From: Octopus sinensis
Lineage: Eukaryota
Assembly (NCBI RefSeq): GCF_006345805.1
Contig: NC_043000.1
Coordinates: forward strand, 52,266,001 to 52,330,000
Length of the DNA: 64,000 bases
Direction of reading: 5' to 3'
The notes under the pieces were generated by a model. That model was not told the origin of the DNA, searched no databases, and was given only the letters and a program-made list of their open reading frames with translations. This document shows positions 25,569-38,371 of this stretch, in pieces; position 1 is the first letter of the stretch, and the number at the start of each line of letters is the position of its first letter. The position numbers and the translations under genes were made by a program.

Positions 25569-26397
25569 TATATATAAAAACTGAGAATGTGTATATATAA
25601 AAAACTGAGAAATATATATAAAACTGAGAATCTGTGTTTGTCTGTCTGTGTGCTTCCCTAAAACTTGAGAACTACACAACCAATTCCATTCAAATTTTAC
25701 ACATGCCTTACTTAGGGTCCGGGGAGTGTCAGCGGCAAAAACTTTTTACTTTTTGCCTAGGGCGAGCCCACAGAAATATCATATCTTCTTCACTACGATT
25801 CCGTAAAACTCGAGAACTACACAACCAATTTCATTCAAATTTTACACATGCCTTACTTAGGGTCCATGTAGGTTCATGGGCAAAGACAATGGTCAACTTC
25901 TTGCCTAGGGCGAGCCCATAGCAATATCATATCTTCTCCACTATTTCAGTATTACGTGTTAAAAGTGAAACAAAAACATTATTTTATGTCAGATACTTTC
26001 ACTTTAACAATAAAAATAATAATAACAATTGAATTATATGTAGTAAGTAATAATTAAAATCAAACTAAAGTATAATATAATCGTAACATAACAAAAGTAA
26101 AAATAGCAATTGGTATAAAATTCCATCAAGGATTTGAACTTAAATAAGTGGTTTAACATGAATGGGAATAAATTAAAATTAAAATTAGCGAGCAGAAATG
26201 GAATAGTCCTACAATTCCAGTCTGTTATATATTTTCAGTATTGTTATCACTAGCGATATCAAGATATAACTTTGTATTTTGTATTTTATGTGTAGATGTA
26301 TATATATATATATAGATGTACATGTAATATGTACACATATATATATATACACATATATACATGCACTAGCACTATGACCCGGCAAAGACGGGTCATA
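25569..26397 (+). mobile_element. Non-autonomous Helitron-like element with an internal duplication of about 150 bp
   Basis: The 5' tatataaaactgagaat is followed by tgtc repeats. Two internal units contain taaaact.gagaactacacaacc...cctagggcgagccca. The 3' hairpin is TATGACCCG-gcaaaga-CGGGTCATA (26373-26397). Confidence 0.6.
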
Positions 26398-26467
26398 ATA
26401 TATATATATATATAATATATATATTATATATATATATGTATATCAGTATATATATATATATATATAT

Positions 26468-26624
26468 TGTTTCTCTCCTTGTTTTTTCTGAGTCCCTTTC
26501 TGTTGAAGAGCGTAGGCTCGAAGCGTAAAAGACTTCTTTTCTATTCGTGAGCGTTATACTAATACATCTGTTTGTCTTGTACACCACCTGTCTTCGTCTT
26601 TTGTTGTTTTTTTTCGTAAACTCT

Positions 26625-26630
<6 letters not shown>
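26468..26630 (+). mobile_element. Solo Penelope (Neptune-like) pLTR fragment between (TA)n tracts, with a hammerhead-like motif at 26491-26534
   Basis: Homologous to the reverse complement of 54150-54320. The motif is CUUU-CUGUUGAA-GAGC(GUAG)GCUC-GAAG-CG-UA|AAAG. Confidence 0.78.
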
Positions 26631-26661
<31 letters not shown>

Positions 26662-27289
26662 CCTTGCGAGAGGATTTGGAAGCCGGGAATTGAAAAAAGT
26701 ATATATACATACTTTTTTCGATTTACGGCTTCCAAATACTCTCACAAGCTTTTGGGTGGTCCATAAAGCTATATATCTGTCGCAACACTGTTAGTAGGAA
26801 TAAGACCCCTAAAATTTGATCGACTAATACAGGCCTGATCGATATATGCAAAGATAAATAGTGAGCGTTTTCTGATACACAGGAGCATAATACTATATCG
26901 GGTGCTAGTATTTCCATCAGAAATTTATAAGTCAAATTTGATATTCTTATTCTGCTCAGTTTAGGTCGAGTGGAGCAAACTTAAGGCCAAACACGGTACA
27001 GCCAATCCCGTCTCAGCTTATTTCAACTAAACATAATAACTCTCGGTCTGCTTTATGAAATGCATCCTTTTTCCTGACCATAGGGATGACATTTGAAGGG
27101 GAATATCATCTCATTTATAGCAGGGCTAGTGAGCATTTAGAAGAACCCTCGTTGTCTCACTAGCATTTTAACCATCTTTACATCACTGTAAAAGTCAGAG
27201 CAGTTCATAATGAACCAATAGCCGGATTACTACATCCCACTTTGAAGCGTATGCGTTTGCGACCCAGGAACAGGAAATATCAACCAATT

Positions 27290-27910
27290 GCCTGATGCAC
27301 AAAAGGAATAGAGCTGCAGGAAATGCAGTAAAATGTGATAACCGATGCAGACTTTGTGGAGTTAACACCGAAGATATTACTCACGTCATAAGCAGTTGTC
27401 CGAAAATATCATCACCGTATTATCAACCGATGATATACGGTTTTGTAGCTAGGACACTCTATAATGTAATCTGTCGGAAGGATCGCGCCGAAGACAAAGA
27501 AATAATAATCCACAGCATGTTATAAGCCACAGCCATTCATAATAAAAAAGAGTATTGGTGGAAAGTCCCTCTGAAGACCTCAATAAAATGTAAGCACAAC
27601 AGACCCGATATAAGGATTTGAGATACAGAAGAGAAACTGTGTACAGTTGTGGAAATTAGCTGGACAGTAGGTGTTATAAAGCTGAAGATCAGTGAAAAGG
27701 AGAACACCTACGTTGAACTATTGAGAAATGTGCAGATACTCTATCCAGATTACAAGTTCAAGTTTATACCTGTAATTATTGGAGCCTTTGAATACGCAAC
27801 TCACTGCATAATAAACCAATCTTGAGAAATTAGTTTTCTCAAAACCAGAAAGGAGAAAGCTCATTCGAAGACTAAAGCTCCAATCCATCACTGTAAAGAT
27901 CTGTAAAAGT
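27290..27910 (+). mobile_element. RLE-type LINE 3' fragment (CCHC knuckle plus PD-(D/E)XK nuclease), decayed
   Basis: CRLCGVNTEDITHVISSC, YWWKVP, CKHNRPDI, CTVVEIS, YPDYKFKFIPVIIGA. Confidence 0.85.
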
Positions 27911-28264
27911 TAAGCATTTATATATATATTAGCATGTCTAGATGTAACTATATGCATGAGAATACATAAATAAAGCAAAAAATCTGCACATATACATACA
28001 AAAAAAATACCCTGTTGTTGATGTTGAAACTCCAATGAAAGAGCGTTGGATCTAATTTAGAAACCGGCTCTTTCTTTACTGGCAAGAAATCTTGAAATAA
28101 AACTGAACAATGACAAACATACATTCATAAAGATACATAGACACATATTTGTGTATATCTTTGGATTTCGTGTGTTTTCGGCATAACCATATTATATTTC
28201 ATATGAACTCAAAGAAGGAGGCACAGTAATTCATTCTCTAACTTCTAGATATTTTCTTTCTTTG

Positions 28265-28610
28265 TCTTAGTCTTAGGTCCTCCTGCGTCGTGTGGCGCAT
28301 TGGGCGGCAAGGCTTCTCCAACGTGGTCGGTCGGCCGCAGCGATTTCAGCCCCATCTCATAAAATTTCAATGGCTTTTGTGGTCATCGATGAATGTGCAG
28401 CGCCAAGTCGCTTTTCGTCGCCCTTGAGTTCCCTTGAGAATGTGGTGGCTTCCACAGAGAGGTGGTTTTCGCATGCCGCGGCAATGTTAGTCAGAGGACA
28501 TAGTCTGCAAATCGCAAGCTGGGCTCAGTGACGACGTCATGGAGTGGACGGGTATCAATTCGGCGAAGTATTTCGTCGTTGGTGATGTGGCCCTAGTATT
28601 ATATTCGCAG
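28265..28610 (-). mobile_element. RTE-clade LINE 3' end
   Basis: The minus strand ends AEIAAADRPRWRSLAAQCATRRRRT*, followed by a short (CTAAGA)n tail. Confidence 0.7.
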
Positions 28611-29123
28611 CATTAGCATTTTTTTTCTACCAGCCGCTATTAATTTACGCCGCACACATGTGACATATATTCACCCGCTTTTGTTTTAAACATAATTTAC
28701 TGTCTTGCGAAAATGAAAGAAACAACGCATTTCTAATGAAACATAAAATAAACAGAAGTTTGCATATTTTTTTCTGTTCATTAAAACGATTCCATACTGT
28801 TATACATTTCAGTTTTGTCTTATAATTTTTTGACGCTGATATTGACTCACAGCTATACACTAAATTAATTAATTTAAGCCCATTTTCTCACTTCTTTGGC
28901 AGAAGGAAACTCATTATTCACTGAAATGGAGCTACGTTGCTTTTAAGGAAATAATATTGTGGTAGAGAACGCACATTTTCAATATCAAATCATTCTTAAT
29001 GCATGTTAAAACGAACTCTTGACTTGCATGTATCTAATGTGTGCTTACAAAATTGTAATTAATAAAAATGGGAAACGATTTTATGGACGAACATTCTCTG
29101 CTTCATTTGATATATCTACATGC

Positions 29124-29156
<33 letters not shown>

Positions 29157-29229
29157 TGTATGTATGTATGTATGTATGTATGTATGTATGTATGTATGTA
29201 TGTATGTATGTATGTGTGTGTGTATATAT

Positions 29230-29283
<54 letters not shown>

Positions 29284-29404
29284 CGCGTGCTTGTGTACAT
29301 CATTCATTTAATTCTCACGTTTCACTATGCACATAACTATATATTGTCCACACTCACGCACGCGCGCACACACAATACCCCACCTTCCGTATATATATTC
29401 TGTT

Positions 29405-29795
29405 CTGCTCTGGGAACAAGGCCCGAAATTTTTGGGAAAAGAGCCAGTCGATTATGTTGACACCAGTACGCAACTGGTATTTAATTTATCGAGACCGAAA
29501 GGAAGAAAGGCAAAGTCGACCTCGGCAGAATTTGAACTCAGAACGTAAAGACAGACGAAATACCTATGTCTTTACTACCCACAAGAGGCTAAACACAGAG
29601 GGGACAAACAAGGACAGACAAACGGATTAAGTCGATTACATCGACCCTAGTGCGTGACTGGTACTTATTTAATCGACCCCGAAATGATGAAAGGGAAAGT
29701 CGACCTCGGTGGAATTTGAACTCAGAACGTAACGGCAGCCGAAATACCGCTAAGCATTTCGCCCGGCGTGCTCACGTTTCTGTCAGCTCACCATC
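29405..29795 (-). mobile_element. Tandem/fused pair of family A SINEs
   Basis: Two gtcgacctcgg..gaatttgaactcagaacgtaa cores are joined at agacgaaatacc|tatgtctttactaccc, and the two units have different tails. Confidence 0.85.
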
Positions 29796-29845
29796 TTTCC
29801 CGCATATATATTCATAAATGTATATAATACACAGGTATTTTTATA

Positions 29846-30848
29846 CGGGGTGGTTGGGCTGAGAATTTCATATACAGACTGTAGAGAAGCCATGCTAGAC
29901 CTGTGAAATCTTGCATACGTTATTTTCAGCCCATCTCAATATTAACTGCTTTGTATCTTTCCAGAAGAACTGACATCTGACTGTTGAAAGAAGACTTCAA
30001 ACGTAAGAAGTAGCGAATTCTCTTGAAAATGTACAGAGTTTGGCATTGTGTTGTTATCAAGTACCTGCAGAAAAAGGGTTTAGCCCCTAAGGACATTCAT
30101 GCTGATACGGTTGCTACATTAGGTGGATACGCTCCAGCTTTATCAACAGTGCAAACGCGCGCAGCCGAATTCAGAAATCGAAGCAAAAGTCTTGAAGATG
30201 GACATCCTAAAACTGCTACCACCGAAGAAATATTGATCGAGATTACCGCATGCTGATAGATGACAGACGATTGACTATCAATCAAATAGACAATACAAGT
30301 AGCATATTCTGTGAGAGAGTTGAGAATATTGTGTACAATGAACTTGGTTTGACAAAGGTTTATGCCCGGTGGATGCCACGTCTTCTGACACCTAATCAAG
30401 AACGCACCAGTCGTATCACATTACAAGAACATTTGACATTGTTTGAGGCTGATCCAGCTAGCGTCCTTGAACGTCTCCTTACTCAGGATGTGTTTTAATC
30501 TATGAAGTGGAATAATCCTTCCACGCCAACTCCAAAGAAGTCCAAGGTCATTTCATTTGTAGGAAAGGTGATTGCCTCAGGTTTTGAAGATGCAAAATGC
30601 ATTATATTTATTTACTTCAAACGGGCCACAACATCAATAGAGAGTAACTATGCCAACTTGCTGCGGCAGTTACGAAGTGCGACCAAGGCCGTCTGTTGTT
30701 TATGTCTTTTCACCACAGGATGGAAGCTTCTTCACCAATAGATCCAAGCATGCAACATCGGTGGAGTGTGTGCGCCACAAGGGGGACTAAATTGAAAAAT
30801 AAACCTTATTTGGTCACATTCCATGAGTTTCTTCGTTAGGCGACCCTC
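29846..30848 (+). mobile_element. Mariner (DD34D-type) transposon, decayed
   Basis: VIKYLQKKGLAPKDIH..., DDRRLTINQI, LGLTKVYARWMPRLLT (WVPRLL motif) and PKKSKV..GKVIAS, with frameshifts and a degenerate TIR. Confidence 0.88.
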
Positions 30849-30936
30849 TCACATATACATATCTCTCACACTCTCTCCCTCTCACCTTCTCTTTCTCTAA
30901 GTATATATATATATATTATATATATATATATATATA

Positions 30937-31035
30937 ATTATATAATTAGGCTTAGTAAAGTAAATTACTTTGCCACATACTGAACTTGCTAGTATGTGGC
31001 AAAGTAATTACTTTACTAAGCCCTAATTATATAAT
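30937..31035. repeat. Near-perfect 45-bp fold-back with a 9-nt spacer
   Basis: attatataattaggcttagtaaagtaaattactttgccacatact / gaacttgct / agtatgtggcaaagtaattactttactaagccctaattatataat. Confidence 0.93.
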
Positions 31036-31125
31036 GTAATATTTTGAATTCGCCTTAAATGGTCCTTTTACATACTGAATACTTGGTGAAATTGATTAAT
31101 AACTAATTAATTTTACCCTCAATTG

Positions 31126-31185
<60 letters not shown>

Positions 31186-31258
31186 CATATAGTATAAATA
31201 ATATATATGTATATCTATGAATATGTACATACATATATGTGCATACTTACATCTCTGC

Positions 31259-31300
<42 letters not shown>

Positions 31301-31423
31301 TATATATTATATATATATGTATATACATACACACATACATACATACATACATACATACATACATACATACATACATACATACATACATACATACTTACAT
31401 ACATACATACATACATACATATT

Positions 31424-31812
31424 TGGGCACAGAACGCCACGAAACGTGTACAACAAAAAATACGAAGCTCGGTTACATGGAACATGAACTATTGTTTGGA
31501 ACAACGAAAGACACAAATGGAAGGAAAAATAAAAAAATTTAAAAAATGACTCTTCATCAGTTGCTGGCAGTTATTCTAGTCTCGTATCTCGAGAATTTAA
31601 CTACAAAATACGCTGCTCGCGCAAAGCAAATTAAATAAAATTTGGGATTTTGCGGAGGGTCAAAATTGGTAACACAAACAGAACAGTGAAAACAAACAGG
31701 AAGGGCTGCTAAGCCTAAATGAGGTTGTGGTGGCGGACGCGTAAACTAAGCTTGGACAGGAGACAAACAAGAACACATCTTCCTTGTTCCAGTTACAACG
31801 GAGAGAAAGAAA
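31424..31812 (-). repeat. Unclassified interspersed repeat of about 400 bp
   Basis: The reverse complement aligns end to end with 45865-46262. Confidence 0.85.
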
Positions 31813-31940
31813 CACAAGTTAGGAGAAGAAAGAAAGATTTACCTCCTCTTCTCCCACTATTCTATCCTATTACTCTGTCACTCTCTCTCCCTCACTCATC
31901 CTACCTTGCTCACGTGGCTCCCACGTGACCATCAGCCATA

Positions 31941-32749
31941 CAAGAGTTACGTAATGGAGTACTAAAATTTCGGGCTACATATATTTCATAGCCAGTGAAA
32001 CCTCAGAAGTGGTAAATCCAAGTGAGGTGTATTTCTCCGGCTATTCTTCTGGCCAAGGATATCTTGATCGGATTTAAGGCTACATTGTCGCAAGGAGGTA
32101 CATTTTGAAGAAAAGAAGATTCAATCAGAATGTGTGGGAACACAGTATGTGATGGGTATATAAATTAAGGGAGAAATAAGTATTAGAAGGGAGGAAAGAA
32201 TGGAAATGAAAAATAAATAAAATAAAATACTGGGGAATGAGAGAAAGGTGGATTTCGGCTGGGGAGTAGTAGATATTATAATAGTTTAGCTTAATCACAG
32301 AATTTAATAGTGGGATTAGCATTTGAAGAGAAGATAAATTGGAGGGGAGAAGGTGGGGAAATATTTTTGTTTGTGGGAAGAAAGTATGTATGAATAAAGC
32401 AAAGTAGGGTGGGGAATTGAAGCATGGCTAGTGTGTAGTGAAGGTGTTAAATTGAGATAACAGCTGCCCAAATCCAACTTTCTCTCATTCTTATTTTATT
32501 ATATTTATTTTTTCATTTCCATTCTTTCTTCCCTTCTAGTACTTATTTCTCCGTACACATTCTGATTCAATCCTCTTCGCGTCAACATGTACCTCGTTGC
32601 GACAATATAGCCTTTAATCTAATCAAGATATCCTTGGCCAGAAGACAAGCCGGCGGAATACATCTCACTTGGATATACCAGTCCTGAGGTTCCATTGGCT
32701 ATGAAGAATGTAGCCTGGGTTTTGTTCCTACTCCATTCCGTAACTCTTG
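31941..32749. mobile_element. MITE of 809 bp with TIRs of about 300 bp and a TA target duplication
   Basis: TA|CAAGAGTTACG...CGTAACTCTTG|TA. The arms share tggccaaggatatcttgat, attgtcgcaa and aatcagaatgtgt in inverted orientation. Confidence 0.85.
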
Positions 32750-33237
32750 TATTTTTTGTCGCACACTCGGCAACTTCAATCGCTTACGTAGTATATGAAA
32801 ACACTTTTTTTCTACTCATCTTCGATAAAGAAAAATAATCCGCAACCTTCCGTCTTAACAAACCAGTATAATTCCTGAAAGTTGTTTATCTGTATTTACT
32901 ACGGATGGAAGCTAACTTCCATCCCCCACCTCGATCCCACGTCTGTGTGAAACTAATTACAACTCTAGACAGGTTATCTTGTTAAAGTATTGAGCAAATA
33001 TATTATACGACAAACTGATAAATAAAAATCCGTAGTCACACATGATTATCAAATACACAGTATATCATTTGTCAATAGATATATCACTCTTTTAATAAAT
33101 GCATAGACTATATTTTCCTTTAATCATCTAGCCCAAGGCAACCCGTTCGTCAGATACGAGTAGTGTATTTACTTGTTAGTGTATGTCTATGCATATCAGT
33201 GGCTTTTTATGATAATATACTGTGTACGTGTTCAAGG

Positions 33238-33563
33238 GTGGAGGCGCAAGGGCCCAGTGGCTAGGGCAGCGGACTCGCGGTCGGAGGATCGCATTTTCGA
33301 TTCCCAGACCGGGCGTTTTGTGTGTTTATTGAGCGAAAACACCTAAATTTCCACGATGCTCCGGCAGGGGGTGGCGGTGACGACCCGTATTGTACTCTTT
33401 CGCCCCGACTTTCTCTCACTCTCTCTTCCTGTTTCTTGAGTAACGCTGCGATGGACTGGCATCCCGTTCAGCTGGGGGGAACACATACGCCACAGAAACC
33501 GGGATACCGGATCCATGAGCCTGGCTAGGCTTGAAAAATGCGCATAAAAGATAAAAAAAAACA
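33238..33563 (+). mobile_element. tRNA-derived SINE, family C, with a 9-bp TSD
   Basis: Head ggcccagtggctagggcagcggactcgcggtcgg...tttcgattccc. TGTTCAAGG occurs at 33229-33237 and 33564-33572, and there is an A-rich tail. Confidence 0.88.
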
Positions 33564-33880
33564 TGTTCAAGGAAAACGAGCATCCGAATCCAGTGACTCT
33601 TCTCAATCACGTATACACATAGGTGTGTGTATACATATATGCACGTATATGTTTATGCAGATTGCACACACATGCAAGCCAGGTGGGAGACTTTTCGACA
33701 AAGAGTAGTAAATAGCCGTCATTTTTATGCCAGCACTTCTGAAGAGCGTTGTCTGAGGGTATCACCTGAGTCGTGTACGAAACCGATTGGCAAAATTGGC
33801 TGACATTCATCTAGTTAACCACTCTTTCAATAAGTATGTGAGTTCCTGTGTTTTTCAAACTTATGGATACTTGAAAAGAC

Positions 33881-33932
<52 letters not shown>

Positions 33933-34605
33933 TACAAGAATATATAATATAAAGATGGACAGAGATTTTTGTGATAAGTATGGAGGTCACTATGTAGAGA
34001 ATAATATGGATGTGCAGCATGCTCATATGGCTTCCTTAGCTTTTAGATTTCGCATGATAAATTAGGTGGCTATGCTAATTTGTTTAGAATATATCAACAG
34101 GTGACATGCGAAATTGAAAGCGTCTAGCAGCTGCAATAAAAGACATACATTGCAATAATTATTATTCATACCTGTAGTAGTTATGTAATATTTCTATACT
34201 TGTCACATGTCAACAATCAAGATACTTCCAATACTGAATCACCAGACAACTGCATATAACGTTCTGTCTGTCTGTCTGTCTCCGTCTTTCTGTCTGTCTC
34301 TCTCTCTCTGTCTGTGGGTGTCTCTCTCAGTCTCAGTTTGTCTGTCTCTTTCTGTCTTTCCTTTTCTATTTTTGTATTTCTGTCAACACATATGCAAATA
34401 TACAATACCGGTATAACATATAAGAGTGTGACTAAGCTAAGTTTGATACAGGTGCTGTTGAATAACCAATATTCTCTGGGAGTATAGATGGTGTTCAGTA
34501 CCACCGGAAAGACTGTTTTTGCCGATAAACGCTGAAATATCTAGCCATTTCTGCCGAAGAGAATGTACTGCAATGCGAAATATTGGATGTGAAATAATAA
34601 TAATA

Positions 34606-34648
<43 letters not shown>

Positions 34649-34649
<1 letters not shown>

Positions 34650-35984
34650 TGTTGAACTGGAATATGAGTAAAGAATATAGATAGAAAAATACGCAAGCTG
34701 CTGAGTTGTAATAGGATGCACCACCCAAAGGCAGACGTAGATCGCCTTTACCTTCCCAGAGCCCAAGGAGGTCGAGGCCTGATCCAATTTGAACTAGCTT
34801 ACAAAACAACCACAATTGGACTGGCCAAATATCTCGAAATATCGAATGACTGGATGCTAAAGCTCGTGGAAAATCACGAGAGACGAAAGAAGCTTCATTC
34901 TATCATAAAGGAAAGCAAAAAATTTGCTATTGATCTCGTGCAGGATACCCAAACTGAACAACCCGAGGGAAGTACGGCAACTATTGTTGCAAAGAAGGTG
35001 AAAATGATGGCAATGAAGAAAGCGCACGAGCAATTGGCTGATAGGTGGGAGGAGAAACCTCTGCACGGCAAATATGTGACCCGCAGCAAACAAGCTGATG
35101 TTGACCAGAAGCAAACCCATCAGTGGCTACGGAACTCAGGGCTAAAAGCAGAGAGCGAAGGTTTCATCCTGGCTGCTCAAGATCAAAGCCTATTAACCCG
35201 GAACTACCAGGCCAATGTGATGAAAAATGGAGCAGACCCAAAATGCCGATTCTGCAACGACATGATTGAAACAGTGGACCACCTAATCTCTGGATGTAAA
35301 GTCTTAGCACCAGTGGAGTATAAATTAAGACATGACAGAGTTGGCCAATATCTCCACTGGCTAATAAGTCGGCATTACAATATCAAAACTGCCGACAAGT
35401 GGTACAATCACCACCATGAGGCTGTAACTGAAGGAGAAAATGTAACCATTCTGTGGGACTTTCCAGTACATACAGACCGAACCATCAAGGCCAATAAACC
35501 AGATATTGTTGTGAAAGACCAAAACAATAAAGTTTGCTTATTGATCGACATGAGCATCCCCTGTGATCATAATATCTCAGCGAAAGAGATTGACAAGCTC
35601 AGAAACTACAAAGACCTACTCATTGAAATTGAGAAAATGTGGCATCTCAAGGCGGTTACAATACCAGTAATCGTAGGAGCACTAGGAATGATCAAGAAGG
35701 GAACCGAAAATTATATGAGAATGATCCCTGGCTTACCATCCCTGCAAGAAGTGCAAAATATTGTCTTAACTGGTACATCACACGTATTGAGAAGAGCATT
35801 GTCGATGTGAGAACTGTTGCTGCTCATGTATTTTAATTTAACTTTAAAAAAAAAAAAAAAAAAATGAACGAACTACTGAGTTTGGTTTAATGGCCTACCA
35901 ATGTATACTATGAGTTTCTTTGCCCTAGGAGTCGGGAAGACACTCGGCAAGAAATGGAAGCAAATTTGAAAGAAGAAAAAAAAG
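34649..35984 (+). mobile_element. 5'-truncated R4/Dong-like LINE with an open 364-aa C-terminal ORF (34716-35810), flanked by (TAA)n on both sides
   Basis: HPKADVDRLYLPRAQGGRGL, CCHC knuckle CRFC..HLISGC, RHDRVG and the RLE motif KPDIVV..LLIDMS..KLRNY. (TAA)n lies at 34593-34648 and 35985-36095. Confidence 0.93.
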
Positions 35985-35994
35985 TAATAATAAC

Positions 35995-36095
<101 letters not shown>

Positions 36096-36269
36096 TAACA
36101 AAAATAATCCTTTCTACTATAGTCACAAGGTTCGAAAGTTTTGAAGAGGGGGTCTTAGTCCATTACATCGATCCCAGTGCTCAACTGGTACTTTGTCTGC
36201 TAGCTGTGAATAACTGGTACTTTCCATCATACCCATAATAATAATAATAATAATAATAAAATAATAATA

Positions 36270-36304
<35 letters not shown>

Positions 36305-36339
36305 TAATAATAATAATATCAATGATAATAATAATAATC

Positions 36340-37870
36340 TCAGTATTACAGAAGATTTAGACAAATATTAAACGCTGAACTTAATGCTAAAAATAAGATA
36401 ATACGTATAAGCACGCTAGCCATGCCAGTCATAAATCACAGCTTTAAATTAATAAACTGGAAGATCAGTGAATTGAAAAACCTAGTTAGAAAAACCAGAA
36501 AACTACTAACAGCACACAGAAGTCACTACTCCAAAGCAAACACAAACAAAATACATCTACCCCGCTCAGAAGGAGGCTGTGACCTGATACAGATTGAAAA
36601 TTACTATAAAATATAAACAGTTGGACTAGCAAAATACTTAGGAACAAAGAGTGGAAGACTACTGCATGTAGTAAAAGAATATGAAAGAAGGAAAACGCTT
36701 TTCTCTATAGACAAGGAGGTGAGAAAATACAAAACCGAAGCAAACTGCACTAACTCACTGACCTCAGATGACAACATAATAGAAATGATCAAAGAGACAA
36801 AAAGACATGAAAAGTGAATTACAAAAGATACTGGAGAAGAAATAGAGAGAAAAATCACTGCATGGCCAATACCCTACAAGGCGTGGTAGAAAGGAAGAGA
36901 GCCTAAGTAAAATCCACCTATGGCTCGAAAGCTCAGGACTAAAAGCCGAAACGGAAGGACTGAGTCTCGTTGCACAAGACCAAAATAGCCAAAACAAACC
37001 TCAACACCAGATGCAGAATGTGCAACCAGCACAATGAGACACTTGGCCACATAATCTCGGGCTGCCCAGTTCTTACCAAGTTTAAACATGTATACAGACA
37101 AAGTAACCACTCTGGACAATAGGCCAACATTACAACATTAAAACTGACAGCAGGTGGTATAAGCATGTGTCAAGCAAGGTACAAGACAACGAACAGGCCA
37201 CAATCATCTGGGATATGCCGGTTTAAACCGACAAAGAAACAAAAGCTAATACATAATAGTAAGCTCATACATAATAGTCAAGGATTGGCGGGCAAAAACA
37301 TCAGCTTACTGATAGACATTGCAGTCTCTTCTGATCAAAATATTGTCAAAAAGTAGTGGACAAATTGTCGAAGTACAAATAACTCAAAATTGAAGTATTC
37401 AAAATGTAGGGCATGAAGGTAAAAACAATACCAATAACAATTGGAGCACTGGATATAATAAAAAAAATATGAACAAAAACATAGAAGCTATACCTGGATC
37501 CTCAACTCTACACACTATCCAAAAAATAGCCCTGATAAGAACAGCCCACATCCTACGCAAGTCACCATCCATCCAATAATACAACCTAAACAAAACAACC
37601 TACAAATACAAGACACGCTCTATATCGCATTTACCCAGTGAAATAAACTCCCACCAGCAAGCCAAGCATTACGCACACAACACACAATACAAGCAGTGAC
37701 ACAACAAAAGACAGCACCACACCTCAAGAAAAAACCTGACACAATACAGTACCCGGAAGCGTTCGCATATTCCCAACAGCAGAAAAGAACCCACAATGCT
37801 GCACAGACCCCAGTAAGTTGTAGAAGGTGATGCAGTAGAAATTTCCCTCATTCTACCAAATATTGAACAG
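36340..37870 (+). mobile_element. Decayed Dong-like LINE (second subfamily)
   Basis: INWKISELKNLVRKTRKLL, WLESSGLKAETEG..AQDQ, LLIDIAV, IPITIGAL, TAHILRK; it follows a (TAA)n tract. Confidence 0.85.
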
Positions 37871-38042
37871 TTAAAGGATGATAATAATAATGATGATGAT
37901 GATGGGAAGGAGGAGGAGGGGGAGGAGAAAAAGAAGAAGAAGGAGAAGGAAGAGGAGGAGAAGAAGGAGAAGAAGGAGAAGAAGAAGAAGAAGAAGAAGA
38001 AGAAGAAGAAGAAGAAGAAGAAGAAGAGAAGAAGAAGAAGAA

Positions 38043-38203
38043 GAGCCCCGCGCTGAATAACAAGAAAAAGAGCCCCGTGTTGAATAACTACGGAAAGAGA
38101 GCCCCGCCCTGAATAACAATAGAAATAACCCCGCGCTGAATAACAACAAAAAAGAACCTCTCGCTGAATAACAACAAAAATAGCCCCACGCCGAATAACA
38201 ACA
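38043..38203. repeat. Minisatellite, six units of about 27-29 bp
   Basis: The consensus AGCCCCGCGCTGAATAACAA(A)n is repeated six times. Confidence 0.88.
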
Positions 38204-38325
38204 TGTGCTAGACCGGACTCCCCATTCAAAAACAAAACTAATCCAATTACAATTAGATTAAGGAACCTATGGAAGACTTGAAAGAAACGGTCTATGAAAG
38301 AAAAACAAACTGAAAGAAGCCCGTC

Positions 38326-38367
<42 letters not shown>

Positions 38368-38371
<4 letters not shown>

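Noticed and set aside
38043-38203. CRISPR-like repeat-spacer pattern
   Set aside because: The linkers are only about 7-10 nt and A-rich, there are no cas genes, and the context is eukaryotic. It is a minisatellite.
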